Below, piece after piece: positions 11,627-21,165 of a stretch of DNA of 64,000 bases. Source of the DNA: an uncultured Acidobacteriota bacterium (GTDB taxonomy: Bacteria; Acidobacteriota; Polarisedimenticolia; J045); NCBI GenBank assembly GCA_963702425.1, contig CAVPCQ010000032.1, positions 160,001 through 224,000 of the forward strand, read 5' to 3'. Under the pieces are notes generated by a model. That model was given only the letters and a program-made list of their open reading frames with translations. It did not search any database and was not told the origin of the DNA. How positions within the stretch are numbered: position 1 is the stretch's first letter; each line of letters starts with the position of its first letter. Made by a program: the position numbers and the translations under genes.

Positions 11627-12241
11627 ATGGGTGTGGGCCCGCGGGAACAGGGGAAGTACGGCGCGCCACAGCCGGAGGAGGGTTCCCCCTCCCGGCCCGC
11701 CGTCGATCCGTCCGCCGGGCGCTTCCGCGAGCTGTTCGACGCCCTCGCGAGCGGCAGCGTGGACGCCCTCGCGCCGCTCTACGACCTCTTTGCGGCCGAG
11801 TTGCACGGGCTGGCCCTCTGGCGCACCGGCTCGCGCGAGGACGCGGACGACGTCGTGCAGGAGCTGTTCTGCCGCCTGGCCGAGCAGCGGCATCGCCTGC
11901 GGAAGGTCGAGAACCCGCGCGCGTTTCTCCTCGCGATCGTCCATCGGCTGGCGATCGACCGGCACCGAGCGCGCCGGCGGCGCCCCGAATCGCCGCTCGA
12001 GACTGCACTCCTCGTGGCGGCACCGGAGGTCGACCCCTCCGTCGCCGAGGACGCGCGGCGCGCGTCCCGCGCGCTGGCGCAGCTCCCGGCCCCGCAACGC
12101 GAGGCGCTCTACCTGCACCAGATGTGCGATCTCCCGTACGCCTCGGTGGGACGCATCACCGGCGTCCCGACCTTCACCGCGGCGAGCCGCTGCCGGCTGG
12201 GCCTGCGCGCGCTGCGCCGCCTCCTGGAGCTCGAGCCATGA
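11627..12241 (+). CDS. ECF-type RNA polymerase sigma-70 factor
   Basis: DALAPLYD, EDADDVVQELF, AFLLAIVHRLAIDRHR, ALAQLPAPQREALYL, GVPTFTAASRCRLGLRALR. Start is ATG 11627 or GTG 11633. Confidence 0.9.
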   Translation: MGVGPREQGKYGAPQPEEGSPSRPAVDPSAGRFRELFDALASGSVDALAPLYDLFAAELHGLALWRTGSREDADDVVQELFCRLAEQRHRLRKVENPRAFLLAIVHRLAIDRHRARRRRPESPLETALLVAAPEVDPSVAEDARRASRALAQLPAPQREALYLHQMCDLPYASVGRITGVPTFTAASRCRLGLRALRRLLELEP

Positions 12242-12591
12242 CTGATCCCCGCCCCGAACGGGACCCGCTCGCCGGATTCCGTGCTCCGCCGCCCGACGCG
12301 GTCCTGCGGGCTCGCACCCTGGCCACGGCACGAGTGGCGCTGGAACGGCGCGCGGCGCCGAGCGGCTGGCGTGCCGCGCTCGCCGGCCTGCGTGCGTCCC
12401 CGGCGCTGGCCTCGCTGGTCGCCTTGCTGCTGCTCGCGCACGCGCTGCTCTTCCTGGTCCCACCGTCGCAGCGGAGCGCGATCCCGGACCGTTCCCCCTC
12501 GGCGGTCCAACTGCGGGAACTCGCTGGGGCGGCCCCCGAAGTCGCGCCGCTCCCGCAGGTCCGGCCGCTGGCCGTCCCGATCGAGTCATAG
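12238..12591 (+). CDS. Small single-TM protein, likely anti-sigma factor
   Basis: ATGA overlap with the sigma stop. TM segment ALASLVALLLLAHALLFLV. Confidence 0.65.
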   Translation: MTDPRPERDPLAGFRAPPPDAVLRARTLATARVALERRAAPSGWRAALAGLRASPALASLVALLLLAHALLFLVPPSQRSAIPDRSPSAVQLRELAGAAPEVAPLPQVRPLAVPIES

Positions 12592-12607
12592 AGAAGCGGA
12601 GGCTCCG

Positions 12608-13759
12608 ATGTCGATCCGGTACCGACCCTCCCGCACCTTCAAGGGGGCGCTTGCGACGCTTGCCGCCTTGCTGCTGGTGCTACTGATCGCTCGGGCGATC
12701 GTGCTCTGGGAGGGGTCCGCACCACCTGCGCCGGCGCCTCGCCCGGTCGTCGCGTCCGCCGCGCCGGATCACGCGCCGCCCGCGACGGTGCCCGCGCCGC
12801 GGCGCGTCGGCCTCGCGGACATGCCGGCCCCCTTCCCCTGGACCCGCTCCACCCCGCTTCCGCAGCCGCTCCGCTTCCGGGTCGATCTCGACCTGCTCGC
12901 GCCGCTCGGCACGGGCCCGGCGAACGCGGCGATCTGGTTCCGCGACTTCGCCAAGCTGGACGGCAGCCGCAGCGCGTGGGGGAGCGAGAAGCGCGTGATC
13001 CGTCCCGTGGGCGGGATCGACGAGAGCGTCTTCCCGCCCGACGACCCGGTCCTTCTCGAAGCGGAGCCGTGGGTCGACCAGGCCACCATGCGCTTCTACC
13101 CGGACGTGTGGCCGATGGCCGGACCCGAGACGCAGATCCCGAATCTTCTCTTCGAGATCACGCTCGCGAAGTCCTGGGCGGCACGCGCGGATGCGACGCG
13201 CGACGCCGCGCTGGCAAAGGAGGACTATCGGCGTGCCGTCCGCCTGGGCCGGCTGATCCTGCAGGACGACGTCACGCTGATCTCGAACCTGGTCGGCCTG
13301 GCGTGCGTCCGGATCGGGGCCCGTGGCCTCTACGAGCAGGCGCGCCGCGAGGGGGACGCCGAGACGATGCTCGCCGCCAGCCTCGCGCTGCACGACGCCG
13401 ACTGCATTCGCCAGCTCGCCGCGGAGCGGCTCACGAAAATCACCGTAAGCAATGAGCTGCGCTGGCACTGGTCGCGTCCGCTCAGCCCGACGATCCGCGC
13501 CACGGACGAGCAGTTCGAGGCCGCACTCGCGATGGCGAAGACGGACCCCTCGCACGCCCTGCGGCTCGAGGCGCAGTGGGCGCTCATGGGTTACGTCCTC
13601 GCCGGAACTCGAATGCAGGGACGGCAGGCGCGCGAAGCGCTCGCCGAACTCTCCCACGACCCGGACTCGCTCGTCGCGGCGTCGGCACGCGCGACGCTGG
13701 AAGCGGCGGACCGAACCGGTCTGCGGGAACTGCTGCGGATGCTGAAGGCCGGGCCGTAG
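12608..13759 (+). CDS. Membrane-anchored hypothetical protein with C-terminal HEAT-like helix pair
   Basis: GGAGG RBS before ATG 12608. N-terminal TM, Pro/Ala linker, TLISNLVGLAC, and ALAELSHDPDSLVAASARATL. Confidence 0.7.
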   Translation: MSIRYRPSRTFKGALATLAALLLVLLIARAIVLWEGSAPPAPAPRPVVASAAPDHAPPATVPAPRRVGLADMPAPFPWTRSTPLPQPLRFRVDLDLLAPLGTGPANAAIWFRDFAKLDGSRSAWGSEKRVIRPVGGIDESVFPPDDPVLLEAEPWVDQATMRFYPDVWPMAGPETQIPNLLFEITLAKSWAARADATRDAALAKEDYRRAVRLGRLILQDDVTLISNLVGLACVRIGARGLYEQARREGDAETMLAASLALHDADCIRQLAAERLTKITVSNELRWHWSRPLSPTIRATDEQFEAALAMAKTDPSHALRLEAQWALMGYVLAGTRMQGRQAREALAELSHDPDSLVAASARATLEAADRTGLRELLRMLKAGP

Positions 13760-13767
13760 GAGAGGAT

Positions 13768-13792
13768 CGGGCCGGCACGGAGGCCGGCCCCT
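13768..13792 (-). repeat. REP palindrome copy (GTAG family, 5' end degenerate)
   Basis: Minus strand reads AGGGGCCGGCCTCCGTGCCGGCCCG; lies between convergent genes. Confidence 0.8.
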
Positions 13793-13796
13793 TGGT

Positions 13797-14378
13797 TCAG
13801 CGAGCGAGCGCCTTCTCGAGCGTCGCCGTCAGCTCAGCCGACATCGGCTCCACCGCGGGCTCGAAGCGCGCGATCACGGTGCCGTCCTTCCCCACGAGGA
13901 ACTTGGTGAAGTTCCAGCGCACCTCGCCCTTGATCCCGTCGGGCGTCTTCTCGGTCAGCACCCGGTAGAGCGGCGCGATCTCCGGCCCCTTCGCGTGGAC
14001 CTTGGCCATCATCGGGAAGCTGACTCCGTACTTCTTCCTGCAGAAGGTCGCGATCTCGGTCGCGCTGCCCGGCTCCTGGCCGCCGAAGTCGTTCGAGGGG
14101 AAGCCGACGACGACGAGGCCGCGGTCCTTGTAGGTCTCGTACAGCTTCTCCAGCCCGGCGTACTGCGGGGTGTAGCCGCACTGCGACGCGGTGTTGACGA
14201 TCAGCAGCACCTTGCCGCGGAAAGAAGTCAGGTCGACGGTGGCGCCGTCCAGCGCCTGAACGGTCTGGTCGATCACGGGAGCGCCTCCGGGGGCGGGAGC
14301 CGCGGCGAACGTCGCCGGGGCCGTGGGCAGTGCGAAGCAGGCGATGAGTGCAACAAGGAACGTGCGGCAGGAGGGCAT
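13797..14378 (-). CDS. Glutathione peroxidase family protein (Cys type) with signal peptide
   Basis: GKVLLIVNTASQCGYTPQY, VGFPSNDFGGQEPG, VRWNFTKFLVGKDG. Hydrophobic N-terminus from ATG 14378. Confidence 0.93.
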   Translation of the reverse strand: MPSCRTFLVALIACFALPTAPATFAAAPAPGGAPVIDQTVQALDGATVDLTSFRGKVLLIVNTASQCGYTPQYAGLEKLYETYKDRGLVVVGFPSNDFGGQEPGSATEIATFCRKKYGVSFPMMAKVHAKGPEIAPLYRVLTEKTPDGIKGEVRWNFTKFLVGKDGTVIARFEPAVEPMSAELTATLEKALAR

Positions 14379-14510
14379 CCTGGACTCCGGGCAGTCCCGG
14401 AAGGGGGACCGAGCCGAAGACGATAGCGCGCGGCGTGGGGTACGGCCAATCGCGCCCGGCTGACGGTGCGCGTCGACGGGGTTCGCCCGGCCGGTCCCGC
14501 GCCCGCCCGC

Positions 14511-14519
14511 TGGTATCAT
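14511..14519 (+). promoter_or_regulatory. Extended -10 promoter (TGnTATCAT) for a probably leaderless RDD-MoxR operon transcript
   Basis: TGGTATCAT sits 6 nt before ATG 14526, with no Shine-Dalgarno between. Confidence 0.55.
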
Positions 14520-14525
14520 TCCGCC

Positions 14526-15242
14526 ATGGCTGCCCCGCTTCCCGACGGCGACGGCCGCTTCCTCGCCGACCTCGACGTCACGCTCGACCTGCCCCTGGCA
14601 GGGATCGGGACGCGTGCGCTGGCCCAGGCACTCGACCTGCTTCTACTCGGTGCGCTGGCCGTCGTGACGGCCTTCGCGATCGTCGCGCTTTCAGCCGGGC
14701 TGCAGTGGAGCGGGCCGTGGGTCCTGCTGCCGATCTGCGTTCTCGCGCTCCCGTGGGCCTACTTCATCGCCTTCGAGCTGGCGCTGGGAGGGCAGTCGCC
14801 GGGCAAGCGGGTCCTCGCGCTGCGCGTCGTGCGCGACGATGGCGGGGAGATCGGCCCGCTCGCGTCGATCGTCCGGAATCTCCTGCGGCCGATCGACTTT
14901 CTCCCCGCAGCCTACGGGGTCGGGCTCGTGGTGATGTTCCTGAACCGGCACCAGAAGCGGCTCGGCGACCTCGCCGCGGGGACGGTCGTGGTCCGCGAGG
15001 CACATCGCGGCGCCGTGCTCGAGTCGCACCGCTGGCCGGAGCGGTTCCGCCCGCAGGATGTCGCGCTCGTCGAGGGGTTCCTCGCGCGGGCGGCGACGCT
15101 GCTCCCCGACCGCCGCGAGGAGCTGGCCTCGCAGCTGCTGCTCTGGCTGCAGCGCGACCACGCCGAGTTCGTCGGCGCGGTCCCGCCCGGCGAGGCGGCC
15201 CGGGAGACGATCGAGCGGCTTTTCGTCGGCGGCGCGGACTGA
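14526..15242 (+). CDS. RDD family membrane protein
   Basis: LAGIGTRALAQALD, GQSPGKRVLALRVV, RNLLRPID, QKRLGDLAAGTVVV. Confidence 0.92.
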   Translation: MAAPLPDGDGRFLADLDVTLDLPLAGIGTRALAQALDLLLLGALAVVTAFAIVALSAGLQWSGPWVLLPICVLALPWAYFIAFELALGGQSPGKRVLALRVVRDDGGEIGPLASIVRNLLRPIDFLPAAYGVGLVVMFLNRHQKRLGDLAAGTVVVREAHRGAVLESHRWPERFRPQDVALVEGFLARAATLLPDRREELASQLLLWLQRDHAEFVGAVPPGEAARETIERLFVGGAD

Positions 15243-15249
15243 GGCGCGG

Positions 15250-16209
15250 ATGGACTACCGGACGTTCCTCGAACGCGGGCGCGCGGAGTGGGACGCGGCG
15301 GAGTCGCTGCTCGCCCGCACGCGCCGCGCCGGACTGGCCGGCCTGCGCCACGCCGAGCTGGAGCGGCTCGCGTCGGTCCATCGCCGGGTCGTCTCGGACT
15401 TCGCCTTTGCGCGCAGCCAATTCCCCGGGACCGCGGCCGAGGCGCGGCTGCGCGCCCTCGCCTTCGCCGGCCACCGCACCCTCGGCCGGCGCGAGGAGCC
15501 GGTGCTGCCGCAGCTCCGACACTTCTTCCTCGGCGGAGGCTACGCGCGGGTCTTCCGCGCTGCGTCTGCCGAACTCGGGATCGCGCTCGCGATCTTCCTC
15601 GGAGCCGTCCTGCTGGGCGCGACGATCACGGTCGTGCGGCCGGAGTTCGCCGCCTACTTCCTCGGCCAGGAGACGCTGGAGTCGCTGCGGGACGGGGAGT
15701 TCTGGGTCGATCGCCTCTTCCGGATGGCCCCGCCGGCGTTGCTCTCCTCGGCAATCTTCAGCAACAACATCGGTGTCGCGCTCGTGGCGTGGGCCGGCGG
15801 GGCGCTCGCCGGCCTCCCGACGGTGTACCTCCTGGCGCAGAACGGGATGATGCTCGGCAGCATCTTCGTCGCCGCAGGCCAGTCGGGAATGACGCCGCGG
15901 CTGGCGACCTTCATCGCCGCCCACGGTCCGCTGGAGCTCTCGCTGATCATCGTCGCCAGCGCCGCCGGGCTGCAGCTCGCGCGGGGGGCGATCGAGCCGG
16001 GCCTGCCGAGCCGGGCGGCGGGCTTCGCCGAAGGCGGCCGCCGCTCGGTGAAGCTGATGCTCGGAACGGTCCCGTGGTTCGTCGTGCTCGGCCTGGTCGA
16101 GGCGTTCGTCTCGCCGGCCGCGGAGATTCCCATGGCAGCGAAGTCGGCACTCGGATGGGGCCTGCTCGGACTGTTCCTGGTCTGGGCCCTGGATCGGAGG
16201 GAGAAATGA
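15250..16209 (+). CDS. Stage II sporulation protein M (SpoIIM/DUF95) family membrane protein
   Basis: IFSNNIGVAL, NGMMLG, HGPLELSLI, GLVEAFVSP. Confidence 0.9.
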   Translation: MDYRTFLERGRAEWDAAESLLARTRRAGLAGLRHAELERLASVHRRVVSDFAFARSQFPGTAAEARLRALAFAGHRTLGRREEPVLPQLRHFFLGGGYARVFRAASAELGIALAIFLGAVLLGATITVVRPEFAAYFLGQETLESLRDGEFWVDRLFRMAPPALLSSAIFSNNIGVALVAWAGGALAGLPTVYLLAQNGMMLGSIFVAAGQSGMTPRLATFIAAHGPLELSLIIVASAAGLQLARGAIEPGLPSRAAGFAEGGRRSVKLMLGTVPWFVVLGLVEAFVSPAAEIPMAAKSALGWGLLGLFLVWALDRREK

Positions 16210-17057
16210 GTGAGGCACCCGGGTCACTCTCGTTCGCGGAGGTCGTCGATCGCCCGATCGGGCTGGTACGGCAGCACTTCGGCCGGCTGCTGGCGGTCCC
16301 GCTCGTCGTGGAGCTGCCGCTGGCCGTGGTCACCGCGCTCCTTCAGTCGCGCCTCGGCGGGCTCGTCGCGGATCCCGCGAACCCGACGGCGGTCTTCGAA
16401 GCGCTGGTACCGCTCTACGCGGTCATGCTGCTGACCATGGTGGTCCACATGTTCGTACGGATCGCCGTCTACCACGCCGTTGCGGCGGCGCTCGACGGCC
16501 GGTCGACCTCGATCGGCGTGGCGTACGGCGCGGCCTTCTCGCCGCGCCCCGCGCTGACGGTGATCCTGGGGGCGATCCTGGTCGCGATCGGCATGTTCTG
16601 CTGCCTGGCACCGGGACTGATCCTCTGGATCTACTTCGCCTTCGTGATCCCGATCGTGCTGTCTGAGCGACTCGCCTTCGGGGCCGCGCTGCGCCGGTCG
16701 ATGACGCTCGTCGGCTGGAACCCGACCGGGCGCTTCGCCTACACGACGCAGTTGAAGGTGGTGCTCATCGGGCTGATCTTCGTGCTCGTCACGTACTCCC
16801 TGACCCTGCTCGTCGGGATTCCCGCCTTCGGCTGGGGGATCTTCAACGGCTTCAAGATGGCCTCAGGAGGGGGGACGCTGGAGGCCGCCCCGCTCTGGCT
16901 CCTGCTCCCGGTGTCGCTGGGGCAGGCGCTCGTCACCGCGATCGTCGGCCTCTACCCGGCTGTGGCGCTCACGCTGCTGTACCGCGACACCCGTGAGCGG
17001 ATGGAGGGGTCCGCGCTCGAGGACGCGATCCGCGAGCGGCTCGGTGAGGGGCCGTGA
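16206..17057 (+). CDS. Multi-pass membrane protein typical of the MoxR/DUF58 operon
   Basis: About six TM segments; CCLAPG, ALRRSMTLV, TLLYRDTRERMEG. ATGA overlap. Confidence 0.8.
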   Translation: MSEAPGSLSFAEVVDRPIGLVRQHFGRLLAVPLVVELPLAVVTALLQSRLGGLVADPANPTAVFEALVPLYAVMLLTMVVHMFVRIAVYHAVAAALDGRSTSIGVAYGAAFSPRPALTVILGAILVAIGMFCCLAPGLILWIYFAFVIPIVLSERLAFGAALRRSMTLVGWNPTGRFAYTTQLKVVLIGLIFVLVTYSLTLLVGIPAFGWGIFNGFKMASGGGTLEAAPLWLLLPVSLGQALVTAIVGLYPAVALTLLYRDTRERMEGSALEDAIRERLGEGP

Positions 17058-17692
17058 GGCGTGTCGCCGCGTTCGCGTTCCTCGCGGTGGCCGACCCGGA
17101 CACCGCGCTCCTGCGACAGGTCGCCGTGCAGGAGCGCGTCGCGACCAGCGAGAGCGTGTCGGTCGCCGAGTACCTCGTCCACCTGCGCCAGTGGCTCCTC
17201 GAACGGCTCGCCGGGGGGCTTGCGAAGAGCGGTCTTTTCGGCGTCCTGATCCGCATCCTCCCCTGGATTCTGCTGGCAGTGGTCGTCTTCGGAATCGGCT
17301 GGCAGGTCTACTGCTGGTTCCGCGATGGCGTCCCGTCCCGCGGTACGCGGCGCGACCCGCAGGCCGAAGCGCTGCCTGCGGAGACGGCGGCGACCGACCT
17401 GCGCGCGCGGCTCGACGAGTGCCTCGCGCGGGGTGACGGCCGGGGCGCGTTGGGAGCGCTGTGGCGACTCGTCGCGACCACGCTCGAGACGCGAGGTCTC
17501 GGCCGCTTCGCCGAGGAGCGCACGAATCGCGAGTTCGTGGAGACGGTGCGACAGGCCGATCCCGCCTGGGGCCGGCTGCCGCGGTTGACCGACTTCGCGC
17601 GCGCAACCGATCGCCTGCTCTACGGGCAGCACGAGGTCGGGCCGGCCGCAGTGCGCGCGCTGCTTCCCGCGGCCGAGGAGCTGCTCGCGTGA
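17054..17692 (+). CDS. DUF4129 domain membrane protein
   Basis: TM helix, then GDGRGALGALW...RTNREF...DRLLYG; expected operon position. Confidence 0.8.
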   Translation: MRRVAAFAFLAVADPDTALLRQVAVQERVATSESVSVAEYLVHLRQWLLERLAGGLAKSGLFGVLIRILPWILLAVVVFGIGWQVYCWFRDGVPSRGTRRDPQAEALPAETAATDLRARLDECLARGDGRGALGALWRLVATTLETRGLGRFAEERTNREFVETVRQADPAWGRLPRLTDFARATDRLLYGQHEVGPAAVRALLPAAEELLA

Positions 17693-18810
17693 AGCGACGC
17701 ACCATCGTCCTTTCGCTGCTCGCGCTCTTCGCGCTGGCGATGGCGCTCCTCGCCGAGCGCCCGACCCCGCCGGTCTCGGTGCGGAGCCGCGCGCCGCGGG
17801 GGCTGCGCGCCGCCTTCCACTATCTCGAGCGGCGCGGTCTCGATGTCCGCGCGTGGGAGCACCCCCTCGCCCGCCTCCCCGAGCCGCCGGGGCTGCTGAT
17901 CATCGCCATGCCGCTCGCCGCCCCGCCGCTGCGCGAGGACCTCGAGGCGCTCGAGCGCTGGTCCCAGCGAGGGGGCAACACGCTGCTGCTGGCCGATCCG
18001 TCCGGTGCGGGGGCCTACGACGCGGCGCTGCTCGCCGCCTTCGGCCTGTCTCCGGTGCACGCCCAGGCCGAACCGCCGCTCGGCTGGCCCGGCTGGCGGC
18101 GCTGGCGCACCGCTGAGAGCGGATTGGCTCCCGCTCCCGCGCGCGCCGCCGCAGGGCGGACCGCCCGGCCGGTCATCCTGACGGGCGCCGCCCGCATCGG
18201 CGAACCGCCGAACACCGAGGCCTGGCTCCTCGACGACAAGGGGACGGCCTTCGTATTCGAGATCCCGCGCGGGCGCGGCCGGCTGGTCGTCGTCAACAAC
18301 GCGACGCTGCTCGCGAACGCCTGGCTGGCGCGCGACGGCAACCTCGCCTGGCTCGAGGAGATGCTCGGCGAGCTCGTCCCGGCGGGAGGGGCGGTGCTCT
18401 TCGACGAGTGGCACCAGGGGTACCGCGACGCCAGCGGGGAGACGCAGTCCGGGTCCGGCCTCGCGCTCACGCTGCTGCTCGCGCACCTCGGTTTCCTCTA
18501 CCTCGGGATCGTGTTCGTGCTGGCGCGGCCGTTCGGCCCGCGCCTGGCCGCCGAGGGCACGACCCCCGGCTCGATCGGCCGATCCCTGCTCGCCCTGGCC
18601 TCGTTGCACCGCGTCGGGCGGCACGCCGCCGAGGCCGGTCAGCTTCTGCTCGATCACGCCCGCCGCCTGGTCCCCGCGGAGCCGGGCGACGACCCGCTCC
18701 CCGAGCGCTTCGAAGGGGGAGAGGCGGAGTTCCTCGCGCTGGCCCGCATGGTCGGGGAGCGCCAGCAGCGGCGGGGTCGCCCGCCGCCCGTCCCGGAGGA
18801 TCCACGATGA
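17689..18810 (+). CDS. DUF4350 domain protein
   Basis: GTG 17689. [52 protein letters not shown]. Confidence 0.8.
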   Translation: MKRRTIVLSLLALFALAMALLAERPTPPVSVRSRAPRGLRAAFHYLERRGLDVRAWEHPLARLPEPPGLLIIAMPLAAPPLREDLEALERWSQRGGNTLLLADPSGAGAYDAALLAAFGLSPVHAQAEPPLGWPGWRRWRTAESGLAPAPARAAAGRTARPVILTGAARIGEPPNTEAWLLDDKGTAFVFEIPRGRGRLVVVNNATLLANAWLARDGNLAWLEEMLGELVPAGGAVLFDEWHQGYRDASGETQSGSGLALTLLLAHLGFLYLGIVFVLARPFGPRLAAEGTTPGSIGRSLLALASLHRVGRHAAEAGQLLLDHARRLVPAEPGDDPLPERFEGGEAEFLALARMVGERQQRRGRPPPVPEDPR

Positions 18811-19793
18811 CGACGTTCGACGATCCATCGCCGCTCACCCCCGCCGAAGCCGCGGCTCGACTCGTCGCGCTGCGCGAGGCGCTCGCCGGCGTCGTGGTCG
18901 GCCAGGGAGCGCCGCTCGACGAGATCATGGCGGCGCTCTTCGTCGGCGGGCACGTCCTGCTCGAGGGGGTCCCCGGCGTGGCCAAGACCCTGCTCGCGCG
19001 CGCACTCGCCGCGGCGCTGGGGCTCGAGTTCCGGCGCGTGCAGTTCACCCCCGATCTGATGCCGGCGGACGTCATCGGGACGAACGTCTTCGACTTCCAG
19101 CGCGGCCTGTTCCACCTGCAGAAGGGGCCGGTCTTCACCGAGGTCCTGCTTGCCGACGAGATCAACCGCACGCCGCCGAAGACCCAGGCGGCCCTGCTCG
19201 AGGCAATGCAGGAGCGGCAGGTGACGATCGACGGGGTGAGCCATCCGCTGGCGCCCTCGTTCTTCGTGATCGCAACCCAGAACCCGCTCGAGCACGAGGG
19301 GACCTATCCGCTCCCGGAAGCCCAGCTCGACCGCTTCCTGATGAAGGTCCTCGTCGGCTACCCGGCCGCGGCGGAAGAGCTGGAGATCTACCGCCGCTTC
19401 CTCGACGGCCGCGTGCGGCTCACGTCGACCGACCTCGGGCTGCCCGCCGTGCTCGCGCCGGGGGAGTTGCCGCGCCTGCGCGCCGCGCTCGGCGGGGTGC
19501 GGGTGGAGGAGCCGCTGCTCGGCTACCTCCACGCGATCGTCGAGGCGACGCGGCGCGCGCCGCAGCTCGCGGCGGGCGCGAGCCCGCGCGCCGGGATCGC
19601 CCTGCTGGCCGCGGCCCGCGCCTGGGCGGCGATGGAAGGGCGCGACTTCGCGATCCCCGACGACTTCAAACGGATGGCCCGTCCGGTCCTGCGCCACCGG
19701 CTGATCGCGACCCCCGAGACGGAGCTCGAGGGGAAAGGGACCGAAGAGATCCTCGGGACGCTGCTCGACCGGATCGAGGTGCCGCGCGGATGA
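18807..19793 (+). CDS. MoxR family AAA+ ATPase
   Basis: [71 protein letters not shown]. Confidence 0.96.
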   Translation: MTTFDDPSPLTPAEAAARLVALREALAGVVVGQGAPLDEIMAALFVGGHVLLEGVPGVAKTLLARALAAALGLEFRRVQFTPDLMPADVIGTNVFDFQRGLFHLQKGPVFTEVLLADEINRTPPKTQAALLEAMQERQVTIDGVSHPLAPSFFVIATQNPLEHEGTYPLPEAQLDRFLMKVLVGYPAAAEELEIYRRFLDGRVRLTSTDLGLPAVLAPGELPRLRAALGGVRVEEPLLGYLHAIVEATRRAPQLAAGASPRAGIALLAAARAWAAMEGRDFAIPDDFKRMARPVLRHRLIATPETELEGKGTEEILGTLLDRIEVPRG

Positions 19794-21097
19794 CGTTCTC
19801 CGCGCGCGCCTTCGCGCTCTGGGGCGCGGCGAGCCTGCTGCTCGTCGCCGGCTTCATCGTGGTCGACGCGGCGTACCTGGGGCTGGCGCTCGACGCGCTG
19901 GTGCTCGGGCTCGCGCTGATCGACGGCGCGCGCGCGCGGCGGCTGGCGCTCGCCGTACAGCGCGAGGCCCCTGCGATCTTCCACCAAGGGGAGGAGGCGC
20001 AGCTCGCGCTCGTCGTCGAGAACCGCGAGCCCCGGCCGCTCACGATCCGGGCCCGCGAGGCGCTCTCGACGCTGCTCGTCGAGCGGCCGCTCGACCTCGC
20101 GGCGACGATCCCCGGCCGCTCGCGCGTCCGGCTCCCCTACTCCGTCTGTCCGCTCTGGCGGGGAGCCGGAGAGCTGGCTCCGGCGACGCTCCGCGTGGCC
20201 GGCCCGTGGCGCCTGGCGTGGGGCGAGCGGCGGTTCGCGGAGGGGCAGCCGTTCAAGGTCTACCCGAAGCTGCACCTCGAACGAGACGCGGCGCTCGCGG
20301 TGAAGCGCGCGGTCGAGCACCGGCTCGGTGCGCACGAGACCGCGGTCCGCGGGATCTCGACCGAACTCTACGCGCTGCGCGAGTACCTGCCCGGCGACGA
20401 CTACCGCCGCGTCCACTGGAAGGCGACCGCCCGCCGCAATCGTCCGGTGATCCGCGAGAACACCTGGGAGCAGCACCAGCAGCTCGTCGTGATGGTCGAC
20501 TGCGGACGGCCGATGGCCGCGCTCGACGGCGCACTGGGGAAGCTCGACCACGCGCTTGCCGCAGTGATCGCCCTGCTGCGCGTCGTCGTGGCGCAGGGGG
20601 ACCAGGCGACCCTGGTGCTGTTCTCGAAGGAGATCCGCCAGATCGTGCGGCTCGACCGGAGGACCCGCTCGTTCGGGCCGCTGTTCGAGCGGATCTATCA
20701 CGAGCGGGCGGACCTGGAGGAGCCCGACTACCAGGCGGTCGCCGCGTGGTGCGCACGCCGGGTGCCGCGCCGGTCGCTGGCCGTGCTGCTGACCTCCGTG
20801 CTCGACCTGGCCAACGCCGCGGTGCTCGAGCGAGCGCTGCTCGGCCTGGCGCAGCGGCACCTGCCGCTCCTGGTGAATCTCGAGGACCCGGGGCTGATCG
20901 CCCACGCGGGCGCGGTGCCGAACGACCTCACCGCCGCCTACGCGAAGGTCTCGGCGCTCTCGCTCACCGCCGGCAACCGCGCGCTCGCCGCGCGGCTGGC
21001 CGGTGCGGGGGTCCAGGTCCTGACCACCCCGGCCGACCGGCTGGCCTTCGGCGTCGTGCAGAAGTACCTCGACCTCAAGGCGCGGCGCCGACTCTGA
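19790..21097 (+). CDS. DUF58 (vWA-like) domain protein
   Basis: [21 protein letters not shown] and VDCGRPM; follows MoxR. Confidence 0.92.
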   Translation: MTFSARAFALWGAASLLLVAGFIVVDAAYLGLALDALVLGLALIDGARARRLALAVQREAPAIFHQGEEAQLALVVENREPRPLTIRAREALSTLLVERPLDLAATIPGRSRVRLPYSVCPLWRGAGELAPATLRVAGPWRLAWGERRFAEGQPFKVYPKLHLERDAALAVKRAVEHRLGAHETAVRGISTELYALREYLPGDDYRRVHWKATARRNRPVIRENTWEQHQQLVVMVDCGRPMAALDGALGKLDHALAAVIALLRVVVAQGDQATLVLFSKEIRQIVRLDRRTRSFGPLFERIYHERADLEEPDYQAVAAWCARRVPRRSLAVLLTSVLDLANAAVLERALLGLAQRHLPLLVNLEDPGLIAHAGAVPNDLTAAYAKVSALSLTAGNRALAARLAGAGVQVLTTPADRLAFGVVQKYLDLKARRRL

Positions 21098-21165
21098 GCA
21101 GACGGGCGGCGGCTGTCGGACCGCCGCACCGGCAGAGTCGCGTCCCCGGGGGCAGAGGCGAGAGC

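Noticed and set aside
13797-14378. Glutathione peroxidase as a selenoprotein
   Set aside because: The active-site codon is TGC (Cys), not TGA.
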